A DNA stretch of 63,923 bases, filler included, from an uncultured Methanosarcinales archaeon (GCA_964550945.1; 4 parts of 4 records of this genome joined end to end with filler, not necessarily neighbours in it); one strand, 5' to 3'. Positions 39,690-50,941 are shown, numbered from the whole stretch's first letter. Numbers and translations are program-made. The notes: a model not told the origin generated them from the letters alone.

Positions 39690-41123
39690 ATGAAGATATT
39701 ACTGCTTTACCCGGGTTATGACAGGAAAACAGAATTTGGCAAATTTGAAGGGTTAGCCAGAAGCTGCATGCCTCTTGGCTTGGCTTTATTAGGAGCTATT
39801 CTCAGAGAGAAAGACTATGATGTTTATTGCATTGATACTACAGTTGACTATAGCTCTGATGATGAATTAAAGGAAAAATTGAAAAATGATAATCCTGATA
39901 TTGTTGGTGTTTCTATCCTTTCCCCAATGATTGATGCAGCAAGAAAAAAGATAAAGCTTATCCGTGAAACCCTCCCAAAATCAAAAATTATAGTTGGCGG
40001 CGCTCATATAACATATTATCCAAAAGAGGCGTTTGACCATTTTCCAGGCATTGACCTGGCTTTCTTTGGCGAAGCAGAAAGATCGTTCCCTAACTTACTA
40101 GAGGAGTTAAAGAAAGAAGAGCCTAATTTAAGCAAAGTAAAAGGGATTGTATACAAAAAAGAGGGCAAAGTGATGCAGAATGGGCCAGAGCCATTTATTG
40201 AAAATCTGGATGAGCTGCCAATGCCTGCTCGTGACATGTTTCCTGTTTTAAAATACAAGCCATCTGTAACAAGATATAAACAGCTGCCTTCTACTTCAAT
40301 GTATGCATCAAGAGGATGCCCCTATAGATGCGCTTTTTGCACACAAACTTTTGGCAAAAAAGTCAGAGTACGGTCTGCAGAAAAGATATATGAAGAGATG
40401 ATGGAATGCCATGATAGATGGGGGATAACGGATTTTGAGTTCTTTGATGACAGCATGGCAATACACAGGCCTAATTTGATAAAACTATGCAATCTACTAA
40501 TTGAATCAAAAGTAAAGTTCACCTGGAGCTGCCAAATGAGAGTCATACAAGTTGATGAAAAGATATTGAGGTTAATGAAAAAAGCTGGTTGCTGGAATAT
40601 AAGGTTTGGCCTAGAATCAGGCGTTCAAAGAATTCTTAACTATATATGCAAAGACCAGACATTGGAGCAGATGACCAAAGCAGTTAGGCTTTGCGATAAA
40701 ATAGGGGTAATCGCTTATGGCGGATTTATTATTGGATTGCCTACAGAAACAGTTGAAGAGTCGTGGCAGACAATAAATTATGCTTTATCTTTGCCTTTGT
40801 CTCATTGTAATTTTGCCATATATGAGCCAAGGCCGAATACAAAGCTGTTTAAGATGGCCCAGGATGAGGGTTTTGAGATAGAGGATGTTGCTTATTCAAG
40901 CTTATGGTCTGGCTTAAGAGGCACAATACCAAAATATACTCCCCAAGGAAGGACGCCTGAAGAATTGGCTGAATTGCAAAGGACTGCTTTTAAAAGATTT
41001 TACATGAGGCCAAGCTTTGCATTTAGGCATTTAAAGAATATCAGAAGTTTGCAGGATATCAAAACAACCTTTGTCGGGCTCAGATTTCTTTTAGGCATGG
41101 GAAAAGAAGGCGCAGAGTTTTAG
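39690..41123 (+). CDS. B12-binding domain radical SAM protein
   Basis: PLGLALL, IVGGAH, GEAE, SRGCPYRCAFC, FGLESG, FIIGLPTET. Confidence 0.92.
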   Translation: MKILLLYPGYDRKTEFGKFEGLARSCMPLGLALLGAILREKDYDVYCIDTTVDYSSDDELKEKLKNDNPDIVGVSILSPMIDAARKKIKLIRETLPKSKIIVGGAHITYYPKEAFDHFPGIDLAFFGEAERSFPNLLEELKKEEPNLSKVKGIVYKKEGKVMQNGPEPFIENLDELPMPARDMFPVLKYKPSVTRYKQLPSTSMYASRGCPYRCAFCTQTFGKKVRVRSAEKIYEEMMECHDRWGITDFEFFDDSMAIHRPNLIKLCNLLIESKVKFTWSCQMRVIQVDEKILRLMKKAGCWNIRFGLESGVQRILNYICKDQTLEQMTKAVRLCDKIGVIAYGGFIIGLPTETVEESWQTINYALSLPLSHCNFAIYEPRPNTKLFKMAQDEGFEIEDVAYSSLWSGLRGTIPKYTPQGRTPEELAELQRTAFKRFYMRPSFAFRHLKNIRSLQDIKTTFVGLRFLLGMGKEGAEF

Positions 41124-41129
41124 ATAATC

Positions 41130-42239
41130 TTAGATAATAGATATGTCTACAATTTTAGTAATAAGCTTCTCCCAATCGAATCTCATTGCTTGTTTCCTGC
41201 TGTTTGATTTCATCTTCTCCAGCAACTGAACATCATTGATAAGAAAAAGAATCTTTTTAGCTAAATCTTTAAAATCATCGGGCTTGAAGAAAAGTATATT
41301 TTTCTTATCTTCACCAACCTCCTCAATAGCCTGTAGCCTGGATGAAATCACTGCAGTGCCGCTTGCCCAATATTCAAGCAGCTTTAAAGTAAGGATAGTA
41401 TTGTTAGGAAGAGTATTGGGCCGCGTTATCAGGCCAATATCTGCTTTTCTTAGGTAATCTTTCATCTCAGAGTAAGGCTTCCAGCCGGTAAATACAAAAT
41501 AATCATTCATCTTGCTCTGTTCGACAATTTTTTTCACTCTATCCAGCTCAACTCCTGATCCAACAATAAAGAATTTAACATTCTTGAATTTATCAACAAC
41601 CAAAGGAGCTGCTTCTGCAATATAATGAACCCCATCCTGGGTGTCTATGCCGCCATGGTGGATTATCCCTAAATAGTTTCTTTTTTCTTTCTTGTCTGAA
41701 AAATTGCCTGTTTCACAGCCATCGTAAACCACAAATATCCTGTTTTTGTTTACTCCATTCTCAATCAGGATATATTTCATAATCCTAGAAACAACAATCA
41801 CTTTATCTCCTAGTTTAAAGGAAAAATATTCTATTTTGTTTAACAGGTTAATAAAAAAACCTTTTTTAGTCACTTTGATGTATTCTGTATGGATATCCGT
41901 TGTGTCATACACTAGCTTTTTAAAAAATATTCTTGAATACAACGAGCAGGGTATTCCTGCAACAGAGTTATGGACGAAAATCAGGCTATAATTAATATTT
42001 TTAACTAATTTGAGCAGCAGTATGATCATAAAGTATAGCGAACTAACAACAAACCTATCCTTAGAAACCTGGGGCATTTGCTCAACTTCTATGCCTTCAA
42101 TAAGGTTTTTATCAGAAGGAGCAATTATCTTTACTTGGTGTCCTCTTTTTTTAAATTCAATCGCTGTTTTTACGGTCCTTAACCCGCCACCACCACGAAT
42201 AGGACTTACAATATCATGGGTTATAACCAGAACATTCAT
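41130..42239 (-). CDS. Glycosyltransferase family 4
   Basis: GT-B motifs: FFIVGSG, FTGWKP, LKLLEYWASGTAVISS. Confidence 0.9.
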   Translation of the reverse strand: MNVLVITHDIVSPIRGGGGLRTVKTAIEFKKRGHQVKIIAPSDKNLIEGIEVEQMPQVSKDRFVVSSLYFMIILLLKLVKNINYSLIFVHNSVAGIPCSLYSRIFFKKLVYDTTDIHTEYIKVTKKGFFINLLNKIEYFSFKLGDKVIVVSRIMKYILIENGVNKNRIFVVYDGCETGNFSDKKEKRNYLGIIHHGGIDTQDGVHYIAEAAPLVVDKFKNVKFFIVGSGVELDRVKKIVEQSKMNDYFVFTGWKPYSEMKDYLRKADIGLITRPNTLPNNTILTLKLLEYWASGTAVISSRLQAIEEVGEDKKNILFFKPDDFKDLAKKILFLINDVQLLEKMKSNSRKQAMRFDWEKLITKIVDISII

Positions 42240-43351
42240 ATTAATCCTTTATCTTTCAGCTCTTGAGCAGCTTTTTCAAATTTGTCTTCTGCTTTCACGT
42301 TCCTGCTCCATCCTATAAGTTCTTTCATGCCTTGCTCAAAGCTTATCTTCGGCTCCCAGCCCAATTTATTCTTTATCTTAGAAATATCTGCAAAACAATG
42401 CCTAACATCCCCTTTTCTGAATTTGTTTGTTATTTCTGGAGTTATATCTTTCCCATAAAGCCTTGCCAGAATCTCTGCAATCTTTTTTATTGAGATGGGT
42501 TTTCCTGTCCCCACATTAAAAACTTCGTAATTTGCGTTGCTATGGTTCATTGCAAGGATATTCGCTTCTACAATGTCATGCACTGAAATAAAATCTCTTG
42601 TCTGCAATCCATCTTCATAAATAACTGGCTTATTGTTATTTTTTATCCTGCTCATGAATATCGCTGCAACGCCTGTATAAGGGTTGCTCAAGCTCTGCCT
42701 GGGCCCATAAACATTAAAGTATCTTAGGGCAACAGCAGGTATCCCATAGCTCTTGCCTATATTCAAGACCATATCTTCCTGATCTTTTTTTGTTATAGCG
42801 TAGATGGAGTTGCAGTTCTGCTGGTCTTCTTCTTTAATTGGCACTGGCTTTAGAATTTTTCTGCATTTAGGGCACTTAAGTTCCCATTCCTCTCTTTTCA
42901 TTTGTTCTTCTGTCCTTAATGCAGGCTTTACCCTGCCACAACTGCTGCACTCATAAACCCCTTCTCCATAAGAGCTCATGCTTGCTGCAACAATAATCTT
43001 CTTAATGTTGTTATTTTTGTTTACTATAAAATCAAGAAGATTGGCAGTTCCTAAAGAATTTGTGTCAACATACTGCTTTATTTGATACATGCTTTGGCCA
43101 ACGCCAACAGCAGCAGCCTCATGGAATACTATTTCGATGCCTTCAAAGGCTTTTTTCAAATCTGCCGTATTCCTAACATCCCCTTTTATAAACTCTGCTT
43201 TTTTGTTTATATAATCGGGCATTTTTCCCTGGTGCACTTGTTGGTCTAAATTGTCAAGAATTCGGACAAAATGGCCTTCTTCAATTAGCTTATCCACTAG
43301 AAAAGAACCAATAAACCCGGCTCCGCCAGTTACAAGTATCTTATTTGACAT
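42236..43351 (-). CDS. NAD-dependent nucleotide-sugar epimerase/dehydratase with CxxC..CxxC insert
   Basis: [45 protein letters not shown] at 43351. Confidence 0.9.
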   Translation of the reverse strand: MSNKILVTGGAGFIGSFLVDKLIEEGHFVRILDNLDQQVHQGKMPDYINKKAEFIKGDVRNTADLKKAFEGIEIVFHEAAAVGVGQSMYQIKQYVDTNSLGTANLLDFIVNKNNNIKKIIVAASMSSYGEGVYECSSCGRVKPALRTEEQMKREEWELKCPKCRKILKPVPIKEEDQQNCNSIYAITKKDQEDMVLNIGKSYGIPAVALRYFNVYGPRQSLSNPYTGVAAIFMSRIKNNNKPVIYEDGLQTRDFISVHDIVEANILAMNHSNANYEVFNVGTGKPISIKKIAEILARLYGKDITPEITNKFRKGDVRHCFADISKIKNKLGWEPKISFEQGMKELIGWSRNVKAEDKFEKAAQELKDKGLI

Positions 43352-43352
43352 T

Positions 43353-44387
43353 TTAGAATATATTTTTGTTTTCCTGAATCCATTCAACTAGTTGTTTAAC
43401 TCCTTCTTTGGGCTTTATTTCAGGCTCCCAGCCTAAAGCTTCTTTTGCTTTTGAAATATTTGATATGTATACTTTTTGGTCGCTTGGCCTCCAATTGCTA
43501 AATGATGCTCTGCTTCTCTTGCCAGTAAGGTCTTCAAGGATGTCCAATAACTCAAGCAAAGACATTGTATTTTTTGGGCCGCCCCCCATATTAAAGACGC
43601 CGTGCCTTAATTTGCTATTTAGAAAGTTATCATAGGCTTTTACCAGATCAGAGACAAATAAGACATCTCTAACCTGTTTTCCGTCTCCGTATATTGTTAT
43701 TTTTTTGCCAAGAACAGTCGCAATAGCGAACCATGCAACCCAGCCTTGGTCCTCAACGCCAAACTGCCTGGTTCCATAAATGCAGCTCATCCTGAATACT
43801 GCTGTTTTCAGGCCATAAAGCCTTGCATAGTCCTGTGCGTATAAATCGCCAGTTAATTTGCTGCAACCATAAGGCGTATGCTCGCACAAGTCGATATTAA
43901 ATGTTTCCTGGATCCCTTTTTTGAATCTTTTTTCAAAAATGTATCTTTTATTCTTTTCTATAACTTTTATCTTGTTTACGTTCTCTCCATACACCTTGTT
44001 AGTAGAACAATAAACTATTTTGGGATCATTTTTTGATAATCTGGCTGCTTCCAGCACATTAAATGCGCCAAGAGCGTTAGTAGAGAAATCGGGCCTAGGG
44101 TCAGTGACAGAGGTTGTTACAGCTGTCTGCGCTGCTGTGTGGATTATAACATCAACATCCTTAGCAAGGTTCTTTATCTTTTTAAAATCCCTTATATCTG
44201 CTTTGATTAGTTTTACTTTTTTAAACTTCCTTAGATAGTTCCAATTATAGCTTAAGTTCTTTATGTTTTTTTTAAGAAGCCTTGCCCTGCTTAGATTGTC
44301 AACTACAATAACCTTGTTTTTGGCAGCATAATACTCTGCAACATGGCTTCCAATAAAGCCTGCCCCCCCTGTAACCAATACTCTCAT
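43353..44387 (-). CDS. CDP-paratose 2-epimerase-like NAD-dependent epimerase
   Basis: AQTAVTTSVTDPR, STNKVYG, TPYGCSK, FRMSCIYG.RQFGVEDQGWVAWF. Confidence 0.88.
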   Translation of the reverse strand: MRVLVTGGAGFIGSHVAEYYAAKNKVIVVDNLSRARLLKKNIKNLSYNWNYLRKFKKVKLIKADIRDFKKIKNLAKDVDVIIHTAAQTAVTTSVTDPRPDFSTNALGAFNVLEAARLSKNDPKIVYCSTNKVYGENVNKIKVIEKNKRYIFEKRFKKGIQETFNIDLCEHTPYGCSKLTGDLYAQDYARLYGLKTAVFRMSCIYGTRQFGVEDQGWVAWFAIATVLGKKITIYGDGKQVRDVLFVSDLVKAYDNFLNSKLRHGVFNMGGGPKNTMSLLELLDILEDLTGKRSRASFSNWRPSDQKVYISNISKAKEALGWEPEIKPKEGVKQLVEWIQENKNIF

Positions 44388-44437
44388 TTTAGCTTAGAAA
44401 AATAGAAGAATATATTTAAATCTTATCTATTTGTGGT

Positions 44438-44502
44438 GGTGTAGAAATCCTATGAGAAGGCATTTAGCCTTCACATAAGCATTGTGAGCAAGGTTCTACA
44501 CC
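44438..44502. repeat. Intergenic nested inverted-repeat element
   Basis: GGTGTAGAA/TTCTACACC outer stem with an inner TATGAGAAGGC/GCCTTCACATA hairpin, between divergent promoters. Confidence 0.65.
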
Positions 44503-44551
44503 CCCTAATCAGAGCAAGTTTTAAATACTTCAACACCTATTTTTAAATAAA

Positions 44552-45742
44552 ATGATAGATGAGAATCTGATCAACAAATGGTTAGCAGAGAAGGTCATTA
44601 ACCGAAATCAAGCCCAAAGGATGTTGGCTGATGTTACTCACCATAAAACAGAAAGCCGTTCTAATAAGTTTATTGTGGCAGTATCAACCATAGGTGCTAT
44701 ATGCCTTGGGATTAGTGCCATACTGTTTATTGCTTCAAACTGGCAAGAGCTGTCTAGCCTAGCTAAGACTCTGATTTTGATTGGTAGCACAGCTATTTCA
44801 TATTATGCAGGATATTTTTTTAGATATCAAAGGCAAAATCTACCTAAGGTTGGTTCAGCTTTGATCTTTCTAGGGGCATTGCTCTTTGGAGCAACAATTA
44901 TTCTAATAACTCAAATTTATAATGTGAATGCCAATAACCATATTTTAGTGCTTATTTGGCTTATTGGAATCCTGCCTTTGGTCTACGCCCTAAGATCAGC
45001 TCCAATTGCCGGTTTAGCTTCGTTATTGTTCTACTTATGGGTAGGTTTATTTTTTGCAAAGGATAATAATTGGTGGTTTTTTGAGTTCTTGGGTCGTTTT
45101 ACAATAATTTTGTTTATAGCCAGTTCAATCATGTTGTTTGCACTAGGAGGTTTACACTACTTTTCAAAAGAATTAACCAATGTTGCGAGAACTTACAGAC
45201 TGGCAAGCTTAAAGGTGTTTATGGTCTGCCTATTTTTGTTGACATTTGAATGGTTTTCAAAGCTCCCTTCAGGTAGATTATCCACTTGGTTCCATAGTAT
45301 ACAAAACCAGTTGGTTGTTGGAATGGTGGTTTTTTCACTTATTGCTATTGTGATAACAGTTATCAACTTGTTTTTTAATATGTCCAAATATTTAAATATC
45401 ATCGAGGGGCTGTTAAGTATAGGCCTTATCACATTGTCTTTGATATTTTTCTTTTATCCATCTACAACAAACGTGTATGTGATAATATTCAACATTCTTT
45501 TTGCAGGACTTACTATTTTGTTTTTGTATCTGGGGTACCATAGGGAGGACATTAATCTGGTTAATTTAGGCATGTTCTGGTTATCTGTGTTCTTGATTGC
45601 AAAATACTTTGATTGGTTTTGGGAGATGCTTGAAAAATCAACGTTCTTTTTAGTTGGAGGCTTAATTTTAGTTCTTGGAGGCATAGCTCTTGAAAAGAAG
45701 CGTAGGCAGATAAAGCAAAAATTTGAGCATAAAAATGGATAA
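44552..45742 (+). CDS. DUF2157-type polytopic membrane protein
   Basis: N-terminal W..EKVI...QA, ILFIASNWQEL, LITQIYN; sits beside the GDYXXLXY gene as is typical. Confidence 0.82.
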   Translation: MIDENLINKWLAEKVINRNQAQRMLADVTHHKTESRSNKFIVAVSTIGAICLGISAILFIASNWQELSSLAKTLILIGSTAISYYAGYFFRYQRQNLPKVGSALIFLGALLFGATIILITQIYNVNANNHILVLIWLIGILPLVYALRSAPIAGLASLLFYLWVGLFFAKDNNWWFFEFLGRFTIILFIASSIMLFALGGLHYFSKELTNVARTYRLASLKVFMVCLFLLTFEWFSKLPSGRLSTWFHSIQNQLVVGMVVFSLIAIVITVINLFFNMSKYLNIIEGLLSIGLITLSLIFFFYPSTTNVYVIIFNILFAGLTILFLYLGYHREDINLVNLGMFWLSVFLIAKYFDWFWEMLEKSTFFLVGGLILVLGGIALEKKRRQIKQKFEHKNG

Positions 45743-46280
45743 GAAGGTTTTTATCGCAATTGGCCTATTTTGGCTAATCCTCATTGCTGGATTTGTAACC
45801 TATAAGGAATTCACATTGAAAAGTGGGAAAGAAGTATTGCTCAAAACACGGCCTGTTGATCCAAGAGACCTCTTTAGAGGTGATTATGTTATCCTTAGGT
45901 ATGAAATAAGCACATTGAATATGGGTTCATTAAACAGTAATTCTGATACTGACTTTGAAGAAAACGATAATATATTTGTAACCTTGATCCAGGGAAGCGT
46001 GTATGCTGTGGCTACTGGAGTCTATAAGAATAGTCCAAAGGATCAGTTATACATTGAAGGAAAAGTGAAACAAGTCGGGGGTGATAGTTTAGACATAGAG
46101 TATGGGATTGAAAGCTATTTTGTTCCAGAAGGGAGAGGCAGGGAAATTGAAAGGGAAAGTGGAAAGAATTTAGATGTGCTGGTCGCAGTTGATAAATTTG
46201 GCAATGCAGTTATTAAATCCGTTTTTATAGGCGGTAAGGAATTCAGTTTCAATAGGGATAAATCAGGATTAATTGTATGA
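45735..46280 (+). CDS. GDYXXLXY domain protein
   Basis: PVDPRDLFRGDYVILRY, YGIESYFVPEG. Confidence 0.92.
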   Translation: MDKKVFIAIGLFWLILIAGFVTYKEFTLKSGKEVLLKTRPVDPRDLFRGDYVILRYEISTLNMGSLNSNSDTDFEENDNIFVTLIQGSVYAVATGVYKNSPKDQLYIEGKVKQVGGDSLDIEYGIESYFVPEGRGREIERESGKNLDVLVAVDKFGNAVIKSVFIGGKEFSFNRDKSGLIV

Positions 46281-46461
46281 GGATGACTAGGAATTTATTA
46301 ACTCTACTTGTGACGAAAAATATTTAATGAAAAGATTGTTTCTAGTCCATTTGAAGACTAACATGGCTAAAAATAAAGAAGAATCAATAAACCAAATTGA
46401 TATTATTGTAGATATAAATAAATAGGGTGACAGGATATAATCTATGGTTTTCTACTAGCAT

Positions 46462-47394
46462 CTATTTGTGGTCCTTAAAAAAATCTATCGTCCTTTTCAA
46501 TCCTTCATCCAAACCAACCTTAGGCTCCCAGCCAAGCTCTTTCTTTGCTTTAGTAATATCTGGCTGCCTTGTCTTTGGATCGTCAACTGGAAGAGGTTTA
46601 TAAACTATCTTGCTTTTTGTGCCTGTGATTTTGATTATTTTTTCTGCAAAATCCAATATGCTCATTTCGTTAGGGTTCCCTATATTAACAGGCTCATTTA
46701 ACTTGGAGTTCATCAATCTAAAAATTCCTTCTACTAAGTCAGAAACATAGCAAAAGCTCCTTGTCTGATTCCCATCGCCATAGACAGTTAACTGCTTATT
46801 GTTCAAGGCCTGGTATATGAAATTAGGAACAACCCTTCCGTCATTTATTCTCATTCTTGGGCCATAGGTATTGAATATACGGACAATCTTTGTATCCAAC
46901 TTATGAACTCTGTGATAAGCCATGGTTATTGCCTCTGCAAACCTTTTCGCTTCATCATAAACGCCTCGAGGTCCAATTGGATTGACATTGCCCCAATAGC
47001 TCTCTTTTTGTGGATGTATTAATGGATCGCCATAGACTTCTGAGGTTGAGGCTAGCAAGAACTTAGCTTTTTTTGCCTTTGCTAATCCTAGTGCATTATG
47101 GGTTCCTAAGCTGCCTACTTTTAGGGTCTGGATTGGATAGTCAAGGTAATCGATTGGGCTTGCTGGGCTTGCAAAATGCAAAACACAATCTAAATTATCA
47201 TCAATCTCTATATGTTTGCTTACATCATGCTCTACCATCTTGAAATTTTTGTTCTGCATCAGATGCCTGACATTTGCCTTGTTTCCTGTAATAAAGTTAT
47301 CCATGCAGACAACATAATGCCCCTTCTCCAATAAGAAATCACATAAGTGTGAACCAATAAACCCTGCTCCACCGGTTATTAAGATTTTACCCAT
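46462..47394 (-). CDS. UDP-glucuronate decarboxylase (UDP-xylose synthase)-like SDR
   Basis: [57 protein letters not shown]. Confidence 0.9.
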   Translation of the reverse strand: MGKILITGGAGFIGSHLCDFLLEKGHYVVCMDNFITGNKANVRHLMQNKNFKMVEHDVSKHIEIDDNLDCVLHFASPASPIDYLDYPIQTLKVGSLGTHNALGLAKAKKAKFLLASTSEVYGDPLIHPQKESYWGNVNPIGPRGVYDEAKRFAEAITMAYHRVHKLDTKIVRIFNTYGPRMRINDGRVVPNFIYQALNNKQLTVYGDGNQTRSFCYVSDLVEGIFRLMNSKLNEPVNIGNPNEMSILDFAEKIIKITGTKSKIVYKPLPVDDPKTRQPDITKAKKELGWEPKVGLDEGLKRTIDFFKDHK

Positions 47395-48121
47395 TATACT
47401 CCTTCCTTGCTCTTTCCAGCTCTTCAAACGAGCCTATGTCATACCATTTCTCTTTAAATGTGCAACAATAAATATCTTTCTTTTTATATAACCACTCTAA
47501 AAATGACCCTGTTTTGTCCTGGCTTCCTCTGTTTGCTAAATATTCAGAGATTAACTTTAAGGTGTTTTTGGGGAAGAGATAAACTCCTGTGGAGGCTAAT
47601 GTTGATTCAGGATTAGCCGGCTTTTCAACAAAATTTATTATTTTATTATTTGAGTCTGTTGTAACAATGCCATACTTTTTTGCTAATTCTTTGCTTTGGA
47701 CATCATACAAGGCTATAACTGGGCTTTTTTTCTTTTTAAATAAGTCAACCATCTTGGTTAGAGAAAACTCAAATAAGTTATCTCCAGCTATAACTAAAAT
47801 ATCATCGTCAATTTTTTCTTTATCAATCACGAATTTAATATCGCCTATTGCCCCTAATCTGTCTTCATTGGATTTAGTATTGTCATTAATCACTTTTATT
47901 TGTTTGCTGCATGAATATTTTTTTGCCCACTCATCAAAATTAGGAAAGAATTTGTTATTTGTAATTATCACTATTCTATCGATATCATGTATCTCTTCAA
48001 TTTTGGAGATGATGTACTCGATAATGGGCTTTTTTCCAACTTCAAGAAGGGGCTTTGGATTGTCTTTTGTCAGAGGATATAGCCGGGTTGCATATCCCGC
48101 AGCGAGGACTATTGCTTTCAT
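47387..48121 (-). CDS. Sugar-phosphate nucleotidyltransferase
   Basis: [41 protein letters not shown]. Confidence 0.9.
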   Translation of the reverse strand: MKAIVLAAGYATRLYPLTKDNPKPLLEVGKKPIIEYIISKIEEIHDIDRIVIITNNKFFPNFDEWAKKYSCSKQIKVINDNTKSNEDRLGAIGDIKFVIDKEKIDDDILVIAGDNLFEFSLTKMVDLFKKKKSPVIALYDVQSKELAKKYGIVTTDSNNKIINFVEKPANPESTLASTGVYLFPKNTLKLISEYLANRGSQDKTGSFLEWLYKKKDIYCCTFKEKWYDIGSFEELERARKEYNG

Positions 48122-49410
48122 TTTCTTCCTATGCTTATATATTCAAAACCAAGGTTTTTCATTTCTTTAGGATCATAGATATTCCTGCCATCAAGAATTA
48201 AGGGCTGCTTGAGCAGATTTTTAACTTTGTTTAGGTCTAATTCCCTAAACTCGTTCCATTCTGTAACAATAATCAAAGCGTCACTGCCTTTGATTGCATC
48301 ATAAGGATTGCTACAATATTCAACATCCCTTAAAAGAGATTTGGCTCTTTCCATAGCTTCTGGGTCATAGGCTTTTATCTTTGCCCCTTCTCTCTGCAAT
48401 GTGCTGATTATGTCGATAGACGGGGCTTCTCTCATATCATCTGTATTTGGCTTGAATGCTAACCCTAAAATAGCTACTGTCTTGCCTTTAAGTATCCAAA
48501 TATGCTCTTCAATCTTCTTAATAAAATTATGTTTTTGCTGCTTGTTAATGTTTTCCACTTCCCTGAGAAGCTGAAAATCATAGCTATTCTTTTCTGCTAT
48601 TTTAATAAATGCTGAAACGTCTTTTGGAAAACAGCTGCCGCCATAACCTATGCCTGCGTTCAAAAAAGATTTCCCTATCCTTTTGTCATAGCCCATACCT
48701 TCAGCAACTTTTTCAACATCTCCTCCAGCTTTCTCGCAAATGTTTGCAATAGCATTAATAAACGAAATCTTTGTTGCTAAAAATGAGTTTGAGGCGTGCT
48801 TGATAATCTCAGCGCTTCTTATGTCTGTAACAATAATCGGGGCCTTTAACGGGCTGTACAACTTGCCCATGATATCTGCTGCTTTTTTGCTGTCTGTGCC
48901 TATTACAATCCTGTCTGGATTAAGAAAATCGCTAACAGCGCTTCCTTCTCTTAAGAACTCGGGATTTGAGACAACGTCAAATTCTGCGTTATGAGGATTA
49001 TTTATTTTTATAGTCTTTTTTACTTTCTCTCCTGTTTCAACCGGCACTGTGCTCTTTTCTACAATCACTTTATAAGACTCAATTTCATTGCCTATTGCTC
49101 TTGCAACATTCTCTATATAAGAAAGATCTGCCTCTCCATTCTCTTTTGGAGGCGTGCCAACTGCAATAAAGATGATTTCTGATTTTCTTACTGCACCTTT
49201 CAAATCTGTTGTGAAATTTAGCCTGTTTTCCTTAACGTTTCTTTTGATTAATTCATCCAGGCCAGGCTCGAATATGGGGATTATCCCTTTTTTTAGGCTG
49301 CCTATCTTTGATTCATCAATATCAACACAAATCACATTATTGCCTAAATCAGCCAAGCAAGTGCCTGTGACTAACCCCACATACCCTGACCCAACAATCG
49401 CAATATTCAT
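48118..49410 (-). CDS. ugd: UDP-glucose 6-dehydrogenase
   Basis: GSGYVG, IAVGTP, KSTVP, SNPEFLREG, GYGGSCFPKD, LAFKPNTDDMREAP. Confidence 0.95.
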   Translation of the reverse strand: MNIAIVGSGYVGLVTGTCLADLGNNVICVDIDESKIGSLKKGIIPIFEPGLDELIKRNVKENRLNFTTDLKGAVRKSEIIFIAVGTPPKENGEADLSYIENVARAIGNEIESYKVIVEKSTVPVETGEKVKKTIKINNPHNAEFDVVSNPEFLREGSAVSDFLNPDRIVIGTDSKKAADIMGKLYSPLKAPIIVTDIRSAEIIKHASNSFLATKISFINAIANICEKAGGDVEKVAEGMGYDKRIGKSFLNAGIGYGGSCFPKDVSAFIKIAEKNSYDFQLLREVENINKQQKHNFIKKIEEHIWILKGKTVAILGLAFKPNTDDMREAPSIDIISTLQREGAKIKAYDPEAMERAKSLLRDVEYCSNPYDAIKGSDALIIVTEWNEFRELDLNKVKNLLKQPLILDGRNIYDPKEMKNLGFEYISIGRK

Positions 49411-49503
49411 TTTAGCCTAAGAAAGCCATCATTATTTAAAAAGATTATGAAATGGAGATTTATGCCAGCAAGATTTTTATACTTGTGCTTCAAGTAGATA
49501 GGT

Positions 49504-50103
49504 GTGTTACTAAAAAAAGAGCAGTTTCCGGTATTCATACTCCATTCAATTCCGCTTCTGGTATACACAATAATATTTCTTTCAAGAGCAAATTATGAGT
49601 TTCTGGGCTATGTTGGCGTGATTGTTTTTTTTATGCTGGTCGTTATCTTCACAAATGATAAAGTAAACTATCCCACTGGCATCTTATGGGGCCTCGCAAT
49701 ATGGTCTGTTCTTCATATGTCTGGCGGAGGAGTTATACTAAACGGAACAAGATTGTATGACCAGATACTCTTGCCAATTGTAGGCGAGCCTTACAATATA
49801 TTCAGATTTGACCAGTTTGTTCATATTGTTGGATTTTGGGTGGCAACTTTGTTGATGGGTTATTTGCTAAAACCCAGCTTGAAAAAAGACCATAAATGGA
49901 TTGCTTTGTCAATTGTGATAATAATGGCTGGTGTGGGGGCTGGAGCCATGAATGAGATTATTGAATTCTTAGCAACCATTTTCGTAAAAAATACTGGTGT
50001 TGGAGGTTATGAAAATACATCGCTAGATTTAGTATCTAATCTCATCGGCGCAATAGGAGCAATGAGCTATACCCTAATAAAAGAGAAAAAAATCAAACGT
50101 TAA
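49504..50103 (+). CDS. DUF2238-like membrane protein
   Basis: HMSGG, FDQFVH, GAMNEIIEF, NTSLDLVSN; hydrophobic. Confidence 0.75.
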   Translation: MLLKKEQFPVFILHSIPLLVYTIIFLSRANYEFLGYVGVIVFFMLVVIFTNDKVNYPTGILWGLAIWSVLHMSGGGVILNGTRLYDQILLPIVGEPYNIFRFDQFVHIVGFWVATLLMGYLLKPSLKKDHKWIALSIVIIMAGVGAGAMNEIIEFLATIFVKNTGVGGYENTSLDLVSNLIGAIGAMSYTLIKEKKIKR

Positions 50104-50253
50104 ACATCTCGCTTTTTTGATATCTAAATCACCTAAAAAGTGTTTCAACTATCAAATTATAAGTTCTGTCCATTAGCACTGGACATTCACGCGTAGCGCT
50201 TATAAATAGAACCCATTTACATAGTTACAACCAATAAAAGTTTGGTGATTTAA

Positions 50254-50931
50254 ATGATATCAAAAAATTTGGCAAGATGTGTAGCTAAAATAAGTGGAGA
50301 CGGATATTTATATTATAGGTATATCCGCTATAATAACACCTCTAAAGAGCTGTTGGACGAATTCGAGGAGGATATAAAAAAGGAGTTTGGCGACATAAAA
50401 ATAACTAAAGGGATAACAAATACAGGAACTCCATTTCGTCAAGTTCATGGCAAAAGGATAATAACCAAATTTTTAGAATACCTACCTGACTATAGAAGTG
50501 ATTTCATCTGGGTTCCAGATCAAATAAAAGAAAGTACAGACAGTGTTAAACAAGAGTATTTGAGGGCATTATACGACGACGAAGGGTCACCTAGTCTAAG
50601 GTTATTCAATAAAACCAAAGAATGGAAAAGAAACTTAAATCTAACTTCAAACTCAACCAGGCTACTTAAAGATGTAAAAGAGATATTGTCGAATAGTTTT
50701 AGTATCAAAAGCAGTAAGATTTTCAAAAACAAAAATAATGACCATTGTTATGTCCTGAGTATAACCGGCAAAGATAATTTTGTAAGATTTAAGAGGAATG
50801 TGGGGTTTAAGATCCCTCGCAAAAAGGAAAGATTAAACCTAATAATCAAAAGTTATGGAAATACTTTTTCTAGAAATAGAGGAGGATTTAGTAAAATAAA
50901 AGAAAAATTGGACTTAATTTCCCGTTCCTAA
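50254..50931 (+). CDS. Free-standing LAGLIDADG (DOD) homing endonuclease-like protein
   Basis: Two LAGLIDADG-like helices (ARCVAKISGDG; YLRALYDDEGS); no intein splicing residues; own TATA upstream. Confidence 0.85.
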   Translation: MISKNLARCVAKISGDGYLYYRYIRYNNTSKELLDEFEEDIKKEFGDIKITKGITNTGTPFRQVHGKRIITKFLEYLPDYRSDFIWVPDQIKESTDSVKQEYLRALYDDEGSPSLRLFNKTKEWKRNLNLTSNSTRLLKDVKEILSNSFSIKSSKIFKNKNNDHCYVLSITGKDNFVRFKRNVGFKIPRKKERLNLIIKSYGNTFSRNRGGFSKIKEKLDLISRS

Positions 50932-50941
50932 AATAAAAAGG

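Noticed and set aside
50254..50931. Intein
   Set aside because: No Cys/Ser start block or His-Asn end, and no flanking extein.
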